Of a stretch of DNA of 64,000 nt, positions 36,070-48,946 are shown piece by piece (within the stretch, counting starts at the first letter, position 1; every line of letters begins with the position of its first letter). Under the pieces are notes generated by a model. That model did no database searches. It saw only the letters and a program-made list of their open reading frames with translations, and was not told where the DNA came from. Source of the stretch: Lama glama (Eukaryota); NCBI GenBank assembly GCA_028534125.1, contig CM052817.1, forward strand, positions 13,952,001 to 14,016,000, in the 5' to 3' direction. The position numbers were made by a program, and so were the translations under genes.

Positions 36070-36799
36070 CCTCTCTTCAGAGATTTGTTGTTATGACAAT
36101 ACAATAATGCTTATTAAAGGCATGTCATAAAAATGCTTAGTACTTATAAGCATTCAAAAATTCAGCTATTGTTAAAGGACCTACTAGGGGCATAACATCT
36201 GCTATGCTAAGCAGTAATTTTTGCATGAAGCTTCTCTGCTCCTGAATATCTCATCTTGCATAGCTGATGTCAGGGACAGCTCAGAAAGGTGAAAGAGTAG
36301 ATGACCAGATTCTCCCCTTTCTCTGGGGTGGAGATGGGGCTGTTTACACACAAAACTGCATTAGCAGGGAGGGTTAGAGAGGGCCACTTGTTGCCTGAGA
36401 ATAGGTTCCTGAGCAAGAATGAGGGAAGCTAGCAGGTTAGCTACAGGTAACTAAACTATACTAATTACCATTATTCAAAAATACTTTAAAATATATTCAC
36501 CTTATAGTATAATAGCATATTATATGTACTGCATAATTATGTCATAATACAAGCAAAATGTATATATAATAATAGATTTCACAACTATCCCACCCAGAAA
36601 TTGTACCTCATTTCCAGAAGTTTCAGTTTTCTTGCCTATAAGATTGTGTTAAAAATGTCGCTATTTCATAGGGAGAGCTGCTTCAATGAGTAAAAGAGAT
36701 ATATACATATTTAATAGAGATACATTATATGTATATAATTTTTCTTTCATGAAGTACTCAATGTATCAATTATTACTTACCCAATTTTTTGTAACAGTT

Positions 36800-37685
36800 T
36801 TATAATATAAAAGAGATAAAATTCAAATACCATAAAATTCACTCTGTGAATGGTATTGAGTATCAGCAGTGCTTAGTATAGTCACAGTTGTACCACAATC
36901 ACCAGAATCAATTTTAGAACATCTTCTTTGCCCCAACCTAAAACCCCTTGTACCCCTTAGCAGTCACCCTCCATCTCCCCCCAACACCACAGCCTTAGGC
37001 GGGCACTTTATAGAATTGCCTATCCTAGAAACCACATATAAACTTCATATAAATAAAATCATAAAGTCCTTTTGGAATCATACAATCATACTGTCTTTTG
37101 TGAGCGGCTTCATTCACTTGGCAAAATGTTTTCCAGGTGTAGCCATGTTGTACCATCTATCACTGATTCATTCCTTTTTCAATTGCTGAATCATATTCCA
37201 TCATATGTACTGCATGTACTTGATCTGTCCATCACGTAACGGCATTTGGGTTGTCTCCACTTCTTAGCTATTATGAATAATGCTTCTATGAAAGTTCTAG
37301 TGCAAGTTTTGTATGGACTTAAATTCTCATTTTTCTCAAGAATATTCCTAGGGATAAAATGGCTGGGTCCTATGGTAATTCTACATTTAACCTTTTGAGG
37401 AATTGCCAGAATTTTTTTCCCAAAGTGAATGTACCATTTTATATTCTTGTAGCAGTTCATGAGGGCTCTAATTTCTCCACTTCCTTGACAACATTTATTT
37501 TTATGTGTTTTTTATTATAGCCATCTTTACAGGTATAAAGTGGTTATCTCAATGTGGTTTTGATTTTCATTTTCCTGATGGCTAGTGATGTTGAGCATCT
37601 TTTCATGTGCATATTGGCCATTTTTATAACTTCTTTGGAGAAATGTCTATTCATTCAGATCCTTTGCCCTTTTTAATTGGATTAT
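36800..37685 (-). mobile_element. L1MB-type LINE-1 3' end (ORF2 C-terminus and 3'UTR)
   Basis: Minus ORF 37191-37460 contains KTCTRTFIEALFIIAKKWRQPKC; GATGTTGAGCATCTTTTCATGTGC...TTTGGAGAAATGTCTATTCA. Confidence 0.9.
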
Positions 37686-37719
37686 TTCTGTAAATATTAA
37701 TATGAATTCATTTCTATAA

Positions 37720-38560
37720 CCTCTCAGTACTTAAAGAGCACTTACTTTGTTTCAAGTACTTTATACTTATAATCTCTAATATTTAAAAAACTAATCCTAA
37801 TTAGTATTATAATCCCTGCTTTGTAGATTAGGGCTCTGAAGACCAGTGAACGGAGTAATCTATCTAGCTAAAATGGAGCAGATTCAGATGTAGCTAACAT
37901 GCTAAGATTTAGCCTGCATGCTGATTCTTCTGATGCTAGGTGGCCACATGAGCATATTGGAGTACATTAGCTCATCCTCTCTTCTGCTACCTTCTCTGAT
38001 CCTTCAATTTCCATCAGGGATGTGTACTGAATCCACATCTTTGATGGCTTCTTCAACACAGTGAATAACATTCAAATTCCTCAGCATGCCACTCAAAGCC
38101 TTCCCACGCTTAGCACACCCCATCATCCCAGCTTCATGCTATTCCACCCCCTAACCTTGCACATCTTACATCTGGAAAACCACAAGTATTCCCAGTTTCC
38201 TAAAGGAAATTTGCACTTCTTTCTCCTGGAAAAATTCTATTCCCTGGGCATCTGCTCAAAATTTGTCATTCACTTTGACCCCTGCAGTCACATTCCCTTC
38301 CCTCTGTGTATATACCTCTTCTTAATCCAACTACACTGTGTAACTAGTTTATCCCTGATGCATGCAAGACAGTGGGGATATAACAGTAGACATGGTCCGG
38401 TCCCTGACCCTAGGAAGCTTGAAGTCTAGTCTGTGTCTGTTTTCACCACTATCCTGTAAATGATCTGAGCCCAGGGATTGTATCATTAATCTCACCCCCA
38501 AGCACAGTCCTTGGAAAAATCTGGACTTTAAGGAGAGCAATTCAGATATTTTACTAGAAC
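37720..38560. mobile_element. Degraded antisense MIR (about 37720-37930) and L2 fragments
   Basis: AATCCCTGCTTTGTAGATTAGG; GACATGGTCCGGTCCCTGACCCTAGGAAGCTT; CCAAGCACAGTCCTTGG. Confidence 0.45.
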
Positions 38561-41500
38561 TACAGATCCTCATACACAGGAAGATAGACCACTAATAACA
38601 ATAAATGGGGAGAGAACCCAGCAATATACTGATGAGAGTTGCACATCAGCACTTCCAAGCTATCTGCCACATGAGTTTTGGAACAAAACAATGTAACCCA
38701 AATGTGAAGGTGTGAGTGCACAATGAATATGCAAAGCTGTAAACCTAAGTGATAATTTTTGTCTTGATTGTGTGAGCTAACTATTAAGAAGATTATAATT
38801 AAGGGTGCATTTCTCATAGTACCAACAAGCATTTTAATCAACCTCTAAAGCATTAACTCCAATTACCATTAGTAAACTATGAGGGTTCTGTTTTAAACTG
38901 CAATGAGTCAATAAATTCAAGACGACGTTTTGGGAGTAAATGTTAACAAAGCCTTATCATTTTCCCGAGCAGCCACTGAAGACATGGATAGGGGCTGCAC
39001 TGAGGCAGAAGAAATAATGGGATATTGAAGAGCTATTGGATTTCACAAGTGGTATTTGTACTCTGATGTGAAACACACAATTATCCTTAAGAATTTTTAA
39101 TAATTATTTGATTGATGAATTCTAGCTTTATAGCTTTAAAAAACGACATTTTATTGAGCTGAACAAACTAATTGACTAATAAACTCAAGATAAAGGCTGA
39201 TAAACAGGGTCCTTTGAAACTCTCATTATTAACTTATAATATTTGCATAAGTCTGAACAAAGATGGATGGCTTTAAATGACTGTCACTAATTAAGAGACT
39301 GAAACAAACAAAAGACTAATAAAACATTATATACAAAGACAGGCACATTAGCATATTCTATTCCATATCTCCGATGCAATGACATGAAGACAAATATTCC
39401 CGATTACACCTGAAGCAGTAATGTAACTAAGGCAATAAATCATTTAAAGAATCCTAAGGGGGTTTCTTTTTAAACACATCGATTTAGGTATTAGGCCTGT
39501 CATTGAAATATAAACGTAAAGGAGAATCAAATTTGTTGTAATGATATATTGTTCAAAGATTTATCTCTTTCCTGGAAAAATTTAATCAGTAGGTGGACAT
39601 GTGACTGTACCTGAGATGTGTTTGTTAAAGAAGACTGTGAGATCATTATTAGAAAACTTCTTTCAAATGTCCATCAGAATAGATACTTACCATTAGCAGG
39701 GCACATAACACAATCAAAAGTCAAGTAAATAGCAGTTTAATGCTTGGGTGTTGCATTTTTAATTTCTTCTTTCCCCTTAAAAGAAGATTCAGAAGATATT
39801 TTTAATTAATTTAACTCTGAAGCCTTATCTTCAAGATGTATAACAATGTTCACATTACAGAAGAAAATCTGAGTTTAGAGAGGCAAAGGCAGGAAGGGCC
39901 ACCAATGGGCAGAGTCACACTGTAACAATACAGAGGGGCTCTACTTGTTTTTAAAAAGTCCATCACAAAGAGTAAGGAAGAAGTCCCTTTATCCAATGAG
40001 CCCCTGAATTCTATACTGCAAGGTGTCCCGTATTCCTGATCTGATATTCATTTGTTCATTGGTACACAAAAGAAAGCTGTCCTATAGACCAATGGTAACT
40101 ATTGATTTCAACCCCAAGAAGTTCAAGTTATTAAGCACTGATATTTTCATCAAAATATTGTCTTCACTTTTCTAACTATTTGAATTATTCTTTGATGTTA
40201 TCTTGAGAATATTTCATGATTTTTTTCTCTAGTTGTGATTATCATGTCCCCTACTATCATAATTGAATTTTTCCACTGAAGTAATGCATAAGCCATTTTA
40301 TACTTAGGTGCATAATTTTAAAGACACCTTAGCAAAGTGTTGATTGACAGTCCAATAATGAGTCATGTAGATATACAGAACCTACAGAATCTATATGAAG
40401 ACTATGATCCCAAATCCACTGATCAAAATGCCTGGATAATCCACTTATTTACCAAGTGATAACTGAATTCTTATGTGCCTACTGTGTGAAGTATTATTAA
40501 TTTCTCTTTAAACAAATTTCACTCTTTGTTTATCTACTGAGCAGCCTTTGGAGGAATAATTATGAACCTACAGAAAGTCTCAGATTCTTTGAACACATTT
40601 AGGAAAAACAAAATAAAAAGTCATGGCTCCATGATGACAATGGATTATTACAGTATTACCACCATTTTTATAAAAGCAATGTCTCTTTTACTATATCAAA
40701 AAGAAAAATATAGTTAAAACTTAAAAATCTGCTACTCCCCAACTCTTATGTGAGATCATAATACCTAGTGTACTGACAATCTTTTCAGTTTCCCCCTTCC
40801 TTCTGCGGACAGTTCCACCTCTGCTTCTTTAATTTCCCCCTACCCTAATACACACACCCACAGAAGAAGTCACATCACCCAGAACTGACCAGCAGACTCC
40901 ATTTTTCTGGTATCAGTGACTAATAAAAAAAAAAAAGTGCTATTTAAAAATCATGTTCCATCAGTGGGATTACCCATAAGGACCCTGGGGTAAATATGTT
41001 TTCTTATACTACAAGGTTGCTAACCTGGGAGTATGAGACTCTTATGTTCCATATCACTTAAGAAGGCTCATTACAGTGGGTTAGCATGACAACAACATAT
41101 GATGGAAAGCAGAAAAAAACAAAAGGTAAGTGATGGAAAGAGCCTTACTACCTCTGAGTTTCAATTCTAATGCCCAGATTCCTGGTCTCTGTAGGTCATC
41201 CTTGGACTTGAACTAGACACAGTGTGCTTCCTGGTAATGTATGCCAAAAAAATATCCTTTCTGATTCAGTGACTTTTCCCCTATAACTGAAAAAAAAAGT
41301 CTTGGCTTGCACTTCTCCTTCAATGTTACTGAATAAGTTGGTTTGTATGCTTTGACACTCATTAAAATGACATTTATTGAACATCTACTAAAAGCCAAGG
41401 ACTAGCCTCACAAAAATCAAGCCACAATCCTTATATTTAAGGAAGTTCTCACTCTATGGGAAACTTACACATAAACTATTAACTATAATAAAAACCTGTA

Positions 41501-41894
41501 TGTTCTATTAAAATGTGTACAGTATGCTCTGTGAACATGGAGAATTTTTTATATTTTTAATCTGTGAATATTAGAGTTAGAAACTGCAAGTAGAGAAAAT
41601 GACTATAGAGACTGTCATATACACATATGTTGTCACCAGCCATTGTCATCATCAAAGCATTCCATTGTAAATGACTCAGGGAAAAGGAATCTTCAAAGAA
41701 TCTTAATTTGACACCTCAAGTCATTTCAAAGTTCTAAACTGCATATTTGGTCTAAACGAAATTTATTTGCCACAACTTTCCCTTTGGTTCCCATCTCATC
41801 CAAGAACTTCTCAAAATGGAAACATGCTTTTACATTTTGATTTTCTCCTTTACGTTGATGACTGATGTATATGTTCCACATTCCCTCTGTGGAA

Positions 41895-42060
41895 AGGACT
41901 TGTGCTAAAGACCATACATATGTGATCTAATTTAATTCTTTCTCAAACCGTATGAAGTAGACATTCTTATTAGCCTCATCTCAAAAATGATTCTGACACA
42001 AAGTTGATTTGGCAAACCATCAGATGTTACGCTGATAATGAAGTGTAGAGCCAAGTCTTG
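41895..42060 (-). mobile_element. MIR fragment
   Basis: GATCTAATTTAATTCTT...AAACCGTATGAAGTAGACATTCTTATTAGCCTCAT. Confidence 0.5.
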
Positions 42061-42087
42061 TCAAAGTCACCAAAGACCTTGTACATA

Positions 42088-42421
42088 TTATCTGAGTGGG
42101 ATCAAGGTAATCACAGTGCTTCTTATAGGAGGGAGGCAGGTGGGTTAGGGTCAGAGAAGGAGCTAGTATGGTGGAAGCAGGGTTTGGAGTAATGAGGAGT
42201 GTGAGCTAAAGGATACAGGTCATCAGAAGCTGAAAAAAAGGCAAGGTAACAGATCCTCCCCTGAAGATTCCAGAAGGAACCTAGCCCTGCTGACAATTTG
42301 ATTTTAGCTCAGTGAAACAAATTTGAAACTCTGATGTGCAGAACTATAAAGAGTAAATTTGTGTTGTTTTAAGCCACTCAGTTTGTGGTAATTTATTACC
42401 ATAACAATAGGTAACTAATAA
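42088..42421 (+). mobile_element. MLT1D-like MaLR LTR, 3' two-thirds
   Basis: AAGGCAAGGTAACAGATCCTCCCCTGAAGATTCCAGAAGGAAC...TTTGTGTTGTTTTAAGCCACTCAGTTTGTGGTAATTT...AACTAATA. Confidence 0.8.
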
Positions 42422-44284
42422 AGCTTCACGAGTTTCCCAGTGATGGAAATAAAATGCAATAGTTACATGGCATCTGCCTTGGCCTCTCAGGGTATTCCTT
42501 CCAAACCTTTGAGGCCACAAAAAAAAAAAAAAGAAAAAATACACATATATATGCATATGTTATATATGTATGTATAAGAAATTGAGAAGAAAGGCCACAT
42601 ATTCAGATCTCATTAAAAATTAAATCTGAAACAAAAACTTTACACTTGATGCTCTAAATTATTAAATTATATACAAATAGCTCAGAGACAACTTCTGGAA
42701 AATATCAATCTGGCTCTGTAGTACCTACTGCAAACTCTCCCTTGGGATTTCAGTCATTACAAAGGATCTTGGGAACACCTGGAATGAGAGAAACACTGAG
42801 ATTTCTATTTCTATCCATGAAATTGTATCATCACATTTATCAATAACATCCTAAATCACTGTTTTTATTTCTCCAAATAAGATATTTAAAATATTTAATA
42901 TCAGTGTTAATAAATATTTTAAAAATACACCATTGCCTCTGCCTTACTCAATGATCTAGAATTACTGTAATGAATTTGATGATCTTGTTAGGAAGCTAAA
43001 GATGGCAGCAGATCAAAGTTCACTTTAGTTCTTAAAGGATGGAGGCTGTCAGTTAAACTGGAGGCAGGAGCTCCTGTTATCCATGGCTCTCTGCTCTTGG
43101 GCATGTCATTCTTCCCTAAAGGGGGCTCTGCTTTGCACCTGTAAATTGAAGAGGGGTGATGGACTACATAATTTAAAATCATAAAAATAACATGTTATTC
43201 CAAGATGGCTGGGTACAGAAAGCCTAAGTGGGCTCTTATTCAAGCTATTTTCCAAAAACTGAAAGCAAACACAATCGCACACACCATGGGGTCATTCCCC
43301 ACAGGGATGATTTGGGGAGCTGGCTGAAAAAACAGATCTCACAAGTTTATTATGGACAGCTGCAATTTTAACCGGGGCCTGGGCCTGTTGGACTCGATTT
43401 TTTTGTCAAGGTTAAGTCTGGCCAAATCTATTCAGGTCTGTTTTCCCAGAGTTTAAACGAAAATGATGAAAACTGCCTTTGAACTTAAAGGCTCTGTGAT
43501 AGGAGAACAAATTAAGACATGTGAAGACAGGAAGAAGGGAACCTGACTTTCTTCTTCATTTGACTGTTCAGAAAAACCAGTAATTAGATTTGTTATTTTA
43601 AAATGTAACTTAATTCTTTTAATCTGAACATTTCAAAGGGCTTTCAAAAGCTCACAAATTACTATTAATCCCATGGCACAAAGATGATCTATGTCATTTT
43701 AATGGCATGCTATGTTGAAATAAAATCATAAGAGTTTGATCATTCCTCTGAGATTTCAGTTTCTTTTTCCTCTCTAATAAATTAATTTGGAGAGAAAAAC
43801 CAACTTGGTGTTAGTGACTGAGCAGTAATTTTAATGCATACGCATCACATATGCAAATCTGCACAGAGAGTTAAATAAATTTTTTTAAAATAGCCACAAA
43901 GAACCTATAAGAAGCAGAGAACAAACTAACCTGAGTAAGTAGTTAGTAAAAATAAAACTCATAACCTATTTACACGAAGACTATCTTCTAGCACCAGCAT
44001 TTTGATCCAGAACACATAAAATGCACTGGAATTCCTCTCTATATGTATCTTTCTCTCATAATCTTCCTCTTGCTACCAATCGTGGTACTGGGAAAATGTT
44101 AGACTAGAAAGGACTTCAGAAATCACCTATTACCCAGTTCCTCCTTTTACACGTGTGGAAATTAAAGTTAAAGCAACTTGAACAGGTTAGTTCAAGTTAA
44201 CCAGAATTAATGCTCAGAGCTTCTGTTGCTTTCTCTTCTTTCAAAATGTCTTTTAAAAGAAACTTTAGGAATCTATAACAAGTG

Positions 44285-44855
44285 TGGTGAGTGGGTTTGT
44301 GGGTTTTCTTTTTCTTTTTGTTTTTTTCCCTTTTGCTTCTGCTACCCAGCATCCATTTTCCACCCGAAAAAACTTAGGCACTGCAGTTTAGTTTAAGGAA
44401 CTATTCCTCTTCCACCATCAGCCCAGGTACTTCCAGTAGGACTTAAACATGGGGCACATGGCCCAGTTCTGAGCAGTCAGAGTATGGTGTTGCCCTCGCC
44501 AGAGTGTGGACTCAGAAGGGGGTATGTGGCCCAGAGACAGCCGTGGGGCAGGAGGAATCTTCTCCTGGGCCTGCCCAGCGGGCAGGAAGCAGCTGCTCCT
44601 ACCACTTTGGGTGACCCTAGCAGGATGTAAGGCAGGCATTGTTTGCAATCACCTAGCACCATGGGAAGCCAAAAATAAAGCCATTAGGGTGGAAGCCAAA
44701 GCTAAGAGATTAAGTGAATTTCTAATGACATATTAAATTAAGTGCCACCTGAAGCCAAGAATTACCACCTGGGCCTTTTAGTTACGTGGACCAATAAATT
44801 GATGTCATTATTGTTGCTGAAGCCATTTTGAGCTAGGTTTCAAGCCACCTGAGTC
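44285..44855 (+). mobile_element. ERVL solo LTR, LTR16/LTR33-like
   Basis: CTACCCAGCATCCATTTTCC...CCTGAAGCCA...TTTTAGTTACGTGGACCAATAAATT...GAAGCCATTTTGAGCTAGGTTT. Confidence 0.6.
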
Positions 44856-44859
44856 TCAT

Positions 44860-44955
44860 CTAAGGTCGCTAGATAAAATACAGGATGTCTCACTAAGGGT
44901 TAAGTTTCAGAAAACGGCAAGTAACATTTCAGTATAAGTATGTCCCATGCAAAAT
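44860..44955 (+). mobile_element. MER53-like hAT MITE, left half only
   Basis: AGATAAAATACAGGATGTC...TTTCAGA...AGTATAAGTATGTCCCATGCAA. Confidence 0.7.
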
Positions 44956-45284
44956 GTAGGAAATTGGGCAATTTTAATCCTACCTCCTACAGCAAACTAT
45001 TTCTAGATGTAGAGCAAGGCCAGGGGAGAAAGAAAAGACACCTATGACCATAGCATAAGGACAAATAATACCACAGGATGCAGTGCACACTTCTCTTTAG
45101 AGGAATATGAACTAGCTATTATAAAAACAGAGAACAGAAAAGACAAGGCATTTATCAAGCTGATGTTCCAAATCCCTTCTTCCTTTTCCATCTCATTTCT
45201 ACATCGGTTTCAACCACAAGGTCCTGGAATTCACCCACTAAGGAAGGAGGCAGTAACAGCCACTATGTGTCTGGGAGTTCAGCC

Positions 45285-45540
45285 TAACTCTCTTTGTTTT
45301 GCCAGGCACTCACAGAGGACTGCCTGTGCCTCAGACATGCAGGGCACTGCAGGGGAGCGTGGGTAAGGAGGGCTCAATTCCTCCGCTTCAATGGCCCTAA
45401 TCTGTCCAGAGGAACAAATACAGGTGGAAACAAGACCTGTAATGCCTGTTGCATTGGTACAGAGAGAGACAAGAAGGTCAATCTTGGAGGAGATGGCATT
45501 TGAGCTGGACCTTGGTGGAGAGACATGGTGTGTGTGAGCC
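45285..45540 (-). mobile_element. L2 LINE 3' fragment
   Basis: TGTGCCTCAGACATGCAGGGCACTG...GGAGGAGATGGCATTTGAGCTGGACCTTG. Confidence 0.55.
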
Positions 45541-47416
45541 AGACTGCTCATCTCAATAAGAACAAATGGTCTCCAACCAATTCTTATTTTCTTCCTGTTC
45601 CTTCTCTTCTCTTTCCCCACTTGCCCCTCCTTTCTTCTCTCTTCCTCTTTCCTTACTAATAATAATCATGTTGTTTAACAAGTTAGCATTGTCAAGGGCA
45701 AAGCTAATGGTAGGGCAGAGTCTGGGGGGCTAAAGTGATGCCATGAATTAGGTGTGGCTAAGGCTCATGAATTTAGAATTCAAAAACTATTAGACCTGCA
45801 TTCCTCAAATGTGTAGAATTTTAGAGCTGGAAAAGACTTTTATCAAACTCTAATTTTATCAGTGAGAGAACAAAAGGGAGATCAGATAATTGATGATAGC
45901 TGTAGATCTGGGACTAGAACTCAGTGAGGCTGACTCTAAAATTCAGGCTTGTTCTGCCTTACTCAGGGGCTTTTAACCAGCAGGCTTTTTATGCCCAAAT
46001 ACTATTCCCTCTTAAAGATTACCAGGTGAAAATACACAGCTGAGTTTTACTTTCATTTCACTCTCCATCAGCCTAGAGTGATCTCATTTAGATGTGTCTT
46101 TCTCAGATAAGGAAAAGCATGGACTTTCTCTTTAAGGAATGAAGATGTGTGAGGACTGTCCCATTTTACAAATCTCCTATGCCTCTGCTCAAAGGGAAAC
46201 CCAAGGGGCTCCCCAAACACTTCCATTTCTCTTTTTCTGGGGCAGACCTATTAAGGTGTCACTGTTCAAAAAACCCAGCAGCAAGCGAACTTGCTTGTGT
46301 TGGATGTGGGTCTGCTGAACTTGAGACAAATCATTTTCCTGTTTCAGATGTGAATGTAGCAAGAATAGGAATCACTTTGAGTTTCTTAAAAGAAAAATTT
46401 GGACTAACACACTTAAGAAAGGCTGGCAACAGAGAATTACGGAGCACAGGATCCTGCCTGCGTTTACTTACGGCAACGAGATGTACCCTGTAAAATTAGG
46501 TTACCGGTGAAAATGAGTCTGATGTGCTAATTCATAGCTCATTCTCTATACTTATGTCATGGGCTCATTATATAAGTTAGCAAGATTCTGGGACCTTTCC
46601 CAAGGGAGGGCAAGTTCTAGAAAATGGAGGTACTACACAAGCATTAGGGTAGTCCTTTGATGAAGGGACATTTCAGGGCTCTAATTTTCAGAAGCCCATC
46701 TTATTTATACCTCCAGCCTCTGGTATCTTAGTAATGAAAGAATGGTGCAGAGTTTTACTTGCCCCAAAGTATACATTTCTACATGCATGGAAAGGGTCCT
46801 TTAGCATGTTATGGATGAAAAAGAAAGTAATTTAAAATGAGGCTTTAAAAGGTGTTTGATGTAATTCATCTTTTAAAAGCATACTCTTCATCCTCCAGGT
46901 TACTTACAGTGGATATATTCTTAACTGCTTTGGAATACTGAGTGAGAAAAAAAATGTCTTCTTCATATTCACTGGCTAGATGGATTCTCTGAATTTACTT
47001 CAATTTCCCCAAAACTGAAGCTTACATGTTTTTAAGAAAGTGGAGTTATTTAAAAAAGATAGCTTTCTCATGGTTGAAAATTCGTATTTCTTCAATGGAA
47101 GCATACATGGCTAAAGAGTAAATGAATCACAGCAAATTTCCATCTACTACTCTGTCTCTTCATATTACCATCATCATGGATGTGATGTGGTCACACCACA
47201 TAAGCATATCTCATCACAGAATTCTGTTCATAGAGAAAGACAAAGCATTAAATGGCTAATAGGCCTCGTCAATCCCCCAATGCCTCCTTGTAGGTGTGGG
47301 TAACTCCATTATTATGCTGCTTTCCTAACAAAACTCATTTCAGGCAGAGACAAAACTCTTTCCTTTGCTGCTGTTTCTAGAAGTCTTTAGCCTTACAAAT
47401 GAAAACTTCAGAATGG

Positions 47417-47534
47417 TTTCTTTCTTTCTCTTTTTTTTTTTCCTTTCCTTTTTCAAATGGAGGTACTGGGAATCAAACCAAGTACCTCATGCATGCTCAG
47501 CATGCTCTCTACCAACTGAGCTATACCCCGACCC
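47417..47534 (-). mobile_element. tRNA-Ala(AGC)-derived SINE (camelid vic-1-like) or processed tRNA pseudogene
   Basis: Minus strand GGGTCGGGGTATAGCTCAGTTGGTAGAGAGCATGCTGAGCATGCATGAGGTACTTGGTTTGATTCCCAGTACCTCCA plus A-rich tail; A box and degenerate B box; TSD AAAACTTCAGAATGG / AAAATGTCAGAATGG (13/15). Confidence 0.85.
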
Positions 47535-47859
47535 AAAAATGTCAGAATGGGATGTCCAAACATTCTTACCTGCCAATCTCTCACCTGCACGTCCTTGTGC
47601 AGTCTTCTCTCTCTAGTTATAGATACACACAGCCAGGCTCGGCTCTTAGAGCTACTCCTCGGCTCATTCTGTGGGTCCCATGATCCCTCCAGGATGGACA
47701 TGTCTTACATCAGCATTTTCCCTCTTCACTGGGATTATCAGTGTACAAGCACACTGTGACAAATCCTGCTGTTAGTAAAGCCTTCCTTGGGCCCCTCGTC
47801 CCTCTTGGAGATCTCCTGTACCCCTCTGAAATTAAATCCCTTTGCTTCGATATCCCCTC

Positions 47860-48946
47860 TTACTCATTCATGAACCCATAAACCCACTCCAGTCAGAATT
47901 GAGGCCATACCTCTCCATTGCTGTGGTCACGCATGACACCTCTTTGTCAAATCCAGTGGTCTTGTCTAGTTCTCATCTTATTGGACTGATTGACAGCATT
48001 TGACACACTTGATAACTTTCTTCTCCTTGAAACATTTTTCTCACTTGGCTTCAGTAAGATGCTCTTGACTCTCTTTCTACCTCCGGGCTGTTCTTTCTCA
48101 GTCTCCATTTTTATTAACAGTTTATCGATCTTTATACACTAGAAGGCCCCAGGGTTCTGTTCTCCAAGCTCTGTTAGTTACTGTCTACCTACACTCAACT
48201 GGAATTATATTGGCTCTGAATTTAAAATATATCCAGGAGCTGACTATGACTCAAGATTTCCACTGCTGTCACTTTGGTCCATATCATCTTCTCATCTCCG
48301 TACAATTGAAATGTCCTCCCAAGAAGTCATGGAGCTGCCACTTTCAACACCTACAGTTCATTCTCTCCTCAGGGACCCCAGCAGCCAGTGTCAGCCTTTT
48401 AAAATGTAAGTCAGATCATGTCACTCTTCTGCTCAAAACCCACTGTAAACTCATTCCTCCAACTTTCCCTTTAGAATAAAATTTAAAACTTCAACAAGAT
48501 CTACTTTCCTTTATGCCTCTGCCCTGATAGAATGATTCCCCTGTCTTTCACTTACTCCCCAACAGCCAAACAATGTGTTTGGTTTCTTACTCTTCCTCAA
48601 ATATGCCAAGGACACTCCCATCTGCGGGCCTTATTCTCACATGTTCCTCTGTCTGGAGAGGTCTCCCAGCAGATATCTGAGCACCTTGCTCCTCCAGATA
48701 ACTCAGATCTCGCCCAATGAATGTATACCTCCCATCCCCATCACTCTCCATCCCCTCAACCTGCTTTATTTTTTAAAGTACTTACTACAACAAAAATAAT
48801 TATTTGTTTGTTATTGCTTCCTGCCTCCATTAGATTAGAAGCTCCATGATAGCAGGGATCTGTTTTATTCTCTTGTGTTCCCCCAGAGTCTAAAACAGTG
48901 ATAGTCACTTAGCAGCTATTTAGTAAATATCTGTGGTTGAATGAAT
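47860..48946 (+). mobile_element. L2 LINE, about 1.1 kb 3' fragment
   Basis: GTCAAATCCAGTGGTC...CAGCATTTGACACA...TAAAATGTAAGTCAGATCATGTCACTCTTCTGCTCAAAACCC...TAAATATCTGTGGTTGAATGAA. Confidence 0.85.

Noticed and set aside
44175..44198. Short hairpins (AACTTGAAC-N6-GTTCAAGTT; also AATTAGAG...CTCTAATT near 4450 and TACGAG...CTCGTA near 28737)
   Set aside because: Stems of 6-9 bp are expected by chance in 64 kb; none approaches pre-miRNA length.
47457..47534. Functional tRNA-Ala gene
   Set aside because: A-rich tail, TSD, B-box change (GGTTTGA) and altered anticodon loop/acceptor stem indicate a retroposed copy.
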